Part shown: positions 60,602 through 64,000 of the stretch, in pieces
Position numbering within the stretch: position 1 is the first letter of the stretch
Layout of the letters: the number at the start of each line of letters is the position of its first letter
From: an uncultured Solirubrobacterales bacterium
Lineage (GTDB): Bacteria; Actinomycetota; Thermoleophilia; Solirubrobacterales; Solirubrobacteraceae
Reading direction: 5' to 3'
NCBI GenBank assembly: GCA_963702725.1
Contig: CAVPDT010000001.1
Location: 41,803 to 105,802, forward strand
Length of the DNA stretch: 64,000 nt
Translations under genes and position numbers: made by a program
The notes under the pieces: model-generated
Database searches by the model: none
Told to the model about the DNA's origin: nothing
Seen by the model: only the letters and a program-made list of their open reading frames with translations

Positions 60602-61561
60602 ATGATCATCACGGTCACGCTCAACGCGGCGATCGACAAGTCCCTCTCGGTGCCGAACTTCCGGCTCGGGCGAAGACACCGCACCGTCGAGCAACGCACG
60701 ATGGCCGGCGGCAAGGGCGTTAATGTCGCACGCACTCTCAAGGTCCTCGGACAGCCGGTGATCGCGACGGGGTTCGCGGGCGGGGTCACCGGCACGCATA
60801 TCGTCGAGCAGCTCACCGACGAGGCGGTTCTCAACGATTTCGTGCGCATCCGTGAGGAGTCGCGCACGAACACCTCCGTGCTCGACCCGACGACCGGAGA
60901 GCAGACGGAGATCAACGAACGCGGGCCCTCGGTGTCCGAGCGCGAGGTCGAGCTGTTCGCGGACAAGCTGCTGTATCTCGCTCGCGGGGCCGCGATCGTC
61001 GTGTTCGCCGGCTCGCTGCCGCGCGGCGTGGAACCAGAGATATACGCCTCCCTGATTCGCGACCTGGCGCGGATGGAGGTCACGACCGTGATCGACACCG
61101 ACGGCGAGCCGCTGCACCACGCCGTCCGTGCCGAGCCCGACGTGGTCTCGCCGAACATCCTGGAGGCCGAGGAGCTGGTCGGCCACGAGTTCGCGAGCGA
61201 GGACGAGCGCTCGCTGGCAGTGCGCGAGATCGCAGCGCTCGGGCCTCGCGAGGCGATCATGACGCTTCCGGACGGGTGTTACGCACAGGTGCTCGTCGAC
61301 GGCCGGCCCTCGCTGAAGCGCGCACGGGTACAGACGCGAGAGCCCGTCGCCAAGAGCGGTTCGGGCGACGCGTTCCTCGCCGGATATCTCGCCGCGCGCT
61401 ATGAATCGCGCGCTCCCGACCAGTGCCTGCGCTTTGGCGTGGCCTGTGGGGCGGAGTCCACCGCCCGCCTGGGGGCCGGTCTGATCGACCCGCGCGAGGC
61501 GCGGCGACTGATCGGCGAGGTGGAGCTGACGGAGGTGGAGCTGCCTGCGGAGGTCGGCTGA
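60602..61561 (+). CDS. 1-phosphofructokinase-family hexose kinase (PfkB)
   Basis: VTLNAAID, GGKGVNVAR, SRTN, GSLPRG, SPN..E, GSGDAFLAG. Confidence 0.9.
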   Translation: MIITVTLNAAIDKSLSVPNFRLGRRHRTVEQRTMAGGKGVNVARTLKVLGQPVIATGFAGGVTGTHIVEQLTDEAVLNDFVRIREESRTNTSVLDPTTGEQTEINERGPSVSEREVELFADKLLYLARGAAIVVFAGSLPRGVEPEIYASLIRDLARMEVTTVIDTDGEPLHHAVRAEPDVVSPNILEAEELVGHEFASEDERSLAVREIAALGPREAIMTLPDGCYAQVLVDGRPSLKRARVQTREPVAKSGSGDAFLAGYLAARYESRAPDQCLRFGVACGAESTARLGAGLIDPREARRLIGEVELTEVELPAEVG

Positions 61562-61730
61562 ATCGCTCGCCGTTTTGCGATCTCCGGCGAGCCGACCGGC
61601 GCGGGCGTATCGCTGGGCTTGTATAGTGCCGACCTTCTGAATATCAGAAGGTCTCTGGCAGGAGGGCGAAATGGGGCGCAGGTTCGATGGGCAGGGCCGG
61701 TCAGGCGGCGGTGGCGTGAGGACGCCAGCG

Positions 61731-62504
61731 ATGGCTTTGGCGGCGGTGGCCGCATGTGTGTGCGCGGTCGTCGCGCTCGTCGGTTGCGGCGAAGGCTCCG
61801 GTGGAGGGTCGGCGAGCGTGGCCTCGAACACGACCCCTGCGAGTACGTCCACCGGGTCCACCGGGTCCACGGGCTCCACCGGATCCAGCGGGTCGACAAC
61901 GTCGACGACGCCCGCGACCACCTCCACGGCGGCCAAGCCGGCGCCCTCGAAATCCTCCGGTTCGTCCGCGAGCACGACCAAAACGACGACCACGCCCGCG
62001 GCGCCGGCGCCGGCGAAAAGCTCGAACAAACCCGCGACCAAAGAAAAAACGTTCGGCAAGATCAAAGTCACGAGCACCGCGTTCAAAGCGGGTGGTCCGA
62101 TCGCGGTCAAGTACACCTGCGACGGCGCGGGCATCTCGCCGCCGCTGCAATGGCAGGGTGTGCCGAGTGGCGCCGCGGAAGTGTTCGTGCTCGCGGTCGA
62201 CCTGAGCGGAGGCTCTCGTGAAGTGGTCCAATGGGCTATCGCGGGCATCCCTCCGAGCGCGACCAGCATCCCGGAAGGGAGTCTCCCCGCCGGTGCGTTC
62301 GCGGGTGTCAACAGCGCCGGCAAGGCGGGATGGGGAGGTATGTGCGGCGCCAAGGGCCAACTCCAGCACGTCGGATTTCTGTTCTATGCGCTGCGCCAGA
62401 AGCTGAAACTCAAGCCGGGCTTCAACCCGATCGAAGTGCGCGGCGGACTGAAGGGCGTGACGCTCGCGACGGGGTTGACGCTCGCGACGTATCAACGTCA
62501 TTGA
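61731..62504 (+). CDS. lipoprotein with Ser/Thr-rich linker and YbhB/YbcL (PEBP)-like domain
   Basis: Lipobox LVG-C; VTSTAFKAGGPIAVKYTCDGAGISPPLQW. Confidence 0.75.
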   Translation: MALAAVAACVCAVVALVGCGEGSGGGSASVASNTTPASTSTGSTGSTGSTGSSGSTTSTTPATTSTAAKPAPSKSSGSSASTTKTTTTPAAPAPAKSSNKPATKEKTFGKIKVTSTAFKAGGPIAVKYTCDGAGISPPLQWQGVPSGAAEVFVLAVDLSGGSREVVQWAIAGIPPSATSIPEGSLPAGAFAGVNSAGKAGWGGMCGAKGQLQHVGFLFYALRQKLKLKPGFNPIEVRGGLKGVTLATGLTLATYQRH

Positions 62505-62592
62505 CGTGCATCGGGGTGAGCCGGCGATAGTGCTGTCGGCAGAGCCCACGAGACGGCGATAGGCCGCTCTCTGCACTGTAGCCTGCGCGACG

Positions 62593-63243
62593 ATGGCGGA
62601 CACGAGCACGATCGCCTCGCTGGCCACTGCCGGTGGCACGCTGGTCCTTGCCGTGGCGACGTTCGCGTCGACCCGCTCGGCCAACCGTGCGGCGCGTGTG
62701 TCCGAGCAGGCGTTGAAGGTGGGGATGCGTCCCGTGCTGTTCAATGCCCGGCCGCAGGATCCGCCGCAAAAGGTCGGATATGGCGATGACCACTGGCTGG
62801 TGTTGCGCGACGGGCTCGCCGCCGTGCAGGAGGTCGACGGGAACATCTACTTCGCGCTGCCGCTGCGCAACGTCGCCTCAGGCATCGCCGTGCTGCACGG
62901 CTGGTATCTGTGGCCGCGCCGCGCCGGGATGGACGATCCACACCCGGAGATCGACGAGTTTCGCACGCAGACGCGTGACCTCTACGTCCCGGCCGGCGAC
63001 GTCAGCTTCTGGCAGGCGGCCCTGCGCGACACAGAAGACGATCTATACGCGCCGGCGCGCGAGGCGATCGCAGCGCGCATGCCACTCAGCGTCGACCTGC
63101 TCTACGGCGATCACGAGGGCGGGCAGCGTACGATCACGCGCTTCTACATGGTGCCGCGCACGGGCGATGAGGAGGACCATCGGTGGTTGTGGATCTGCTC
63201 GACCTCGCGCCACTGGAACCTCGATCGCGCCGATCCACGCTGA
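62593..63243 (+). CDS. hypothetical protein with N-terminal TM helix
   Basis: IASLATAGGTLVLAVATFAS; TAGCCT -10 8 nt before ATG. Confidence 0.75.
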   Translation: MADTSTIASLATAGGTLVLAVATFASTRSANRAARVSEQALKVGMRPVLFNARPQDPPQKVGYGDDHWLVLRDGLAAVQEVDGNIYFALPLRNVASGIAVLHGWYLWPRRAGMDDPHPEIDEFRTQTRDLYVPAGDVSFWQAALRDTEDDLYAPAREAIAARMPLSVDLLYGDHEGGQRTITRFYMVPRTGDEEDHRWLWICSTSRHWNLDRADPR

Positions 63244-63303
63244 TGGGCTTGGACGACCCGCACGGCGTCTCCGAGGCATAGCGTCGCTCGTGAATCTTGC
63301 TTA

Positions 63304-63461
63304 GGGCCTATCCCAAAAGGGCGTGCGGCTGGGGCGTTCGAGGGTCGAGCGGAGCGCGGACGCAAGGGCGAAGGCATGGTGGTGCCATGTCGAGCCCGAG
63401 GACAAAGCTCCGCGAAGGCCATCGGGCGCATCCAGACGTGCGGCCCTTGCGGGATAGGCCC
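63304..63461. mobile_element. 158-bp MITE, copy 2
   Basis: Same sequence as 15997-16154; TTA duplicated at 63301-63303 and 63462-63464. Confidence 0.9.
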
Positions 63462-63479
63462 TTAGCCCATAATTCGGGG

Positions 63480-64000
63480 GTGTCCGGATCGCGGCGCCCG
63501 AACCGCAGTGTCGCTGCGACCGTCGTCGCACTGGTCCTCCTGGCGACACCGCTGAGCGGCTGTGGCGAATCGGAACCAACTGCGATGATGTCCATGCAGC
63601 ACAGGCCCACCTCCGTGGCCCCGGCCGGCGCCTCGGCTACGGGGAGTACGCCGACGGCGTCCGGTGCCTCGACGACCGCGCCCAAGGGGCCACGATCGTC
63701 CCGTCCGGTCCCCGACGCCCATCCGATCCCGCCGGCGCACCCGGTGCCCGCTGCGTTCAGGCCCGCGCCCGGGGCGCCCTCGGATGCGGAGGTGCAGCGC
63801 GAGCTGGCGCAGATGGCCGCCGTCGAACGCCGCCAAGAGAAATTGCGGCTCAGTGCGGCCGCCGCCAACCTCGCGGGCCTGCTGCCGTGGTCGCTGGAGG
63901 CCAAGTCGGGGGTGCAGACGAGCGTCGCATCGGTGTTCACCGACTATGGCCTCGGCCTGGCCTGCGGCGGCGTGCTTGCTCGCAACCAGCTCGGGGTCGC
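63480..64000 (+). CDS. lipoprotein, probably with an RlpA-like DPBB domain (runs off the window end)
   Basis: Manual translation from GTG 63480: ...LLATPLSG-C lipobox, Pro/Thr linker, then VASVFTDYGLGLACGGVLARNQLGV; CATAAT -10 6 nt upstream. Confidence 0.65.
   Translation, partial: MSGSRRPNRSVAATVVALVLLATPLSGCGESEPTAMMSMQHRPTSVAPAGASATGSTPTASGASTTAPKGPRSSRPVPDAHPIPPAHPVPAAFRPAPGAPSDAEVQRELAQMAAVERRQEKLRLSAAAANLAGLLPWSLEAKSGVQTSVASVFTDYGLGLACGGVLARNQLGV

Noticed and set aside
61855-61900. 9-bp tandem repeats TCCACCGGG
   Set aside because: They encode the Ser-Thr-Gly linker of a lipoprotein; ordinary low-complexity coding repeat
59621-62353. 910-aa minus-strand ORF and similar long antisense ORFs (9399-11546, 17790-19922, 19588-20631, 21951-23615, 53177-54727)
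   Set aside because: Shadow frames opposite well-supported genes in very high-GC DNA, with no motifs

Overview
Very high-GC actinobacterial chromosomal segment; the gene set and order suggest Thermoleophilia/Solirubrobacterales (inference). Most of it is housekeeping: parA-like, PBP, marP, topB, AddAB-like helicase/nuclease, SigB/F-type sigma + ku + anti-sigma, gltBD, ispH, Rrf2-sufCDSUB, moeZ-cysO/cysM/mec sulfur relay, hydantoinase/oxoprolinase AB, nadB, murI-rph-rdgB, HU, pyrF, pfkB. No rRNA, tRNA or CRISPR array was recognised. The most unusual parts are: (1) an accessory patch at 23.6-29.6 kb, with a truncated RHH antitoxin, a 4-copy 13-bp repeat array at an exact 23-bp period overlapping the promoter of an AAA_14/DUF4143 ATPase-nuclease, a second such ATPase-nuclease, and an orphan aGPT-pyrophosphorylase (amino acid:DNA transferase)-like gene; (2) two identical 158-bp MITEs with TTA target duplications; (3) a hairpin-forming in-frame insertion inside gltB; (4) an AddAB-like pair apparently trimmed to one nuclease plus one helicase; (5) three candidate Rrf2/CymR-like operators linking the suf and sulfur-carrier operons. 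All family assignments come from motif recognition by eye, not database searches.
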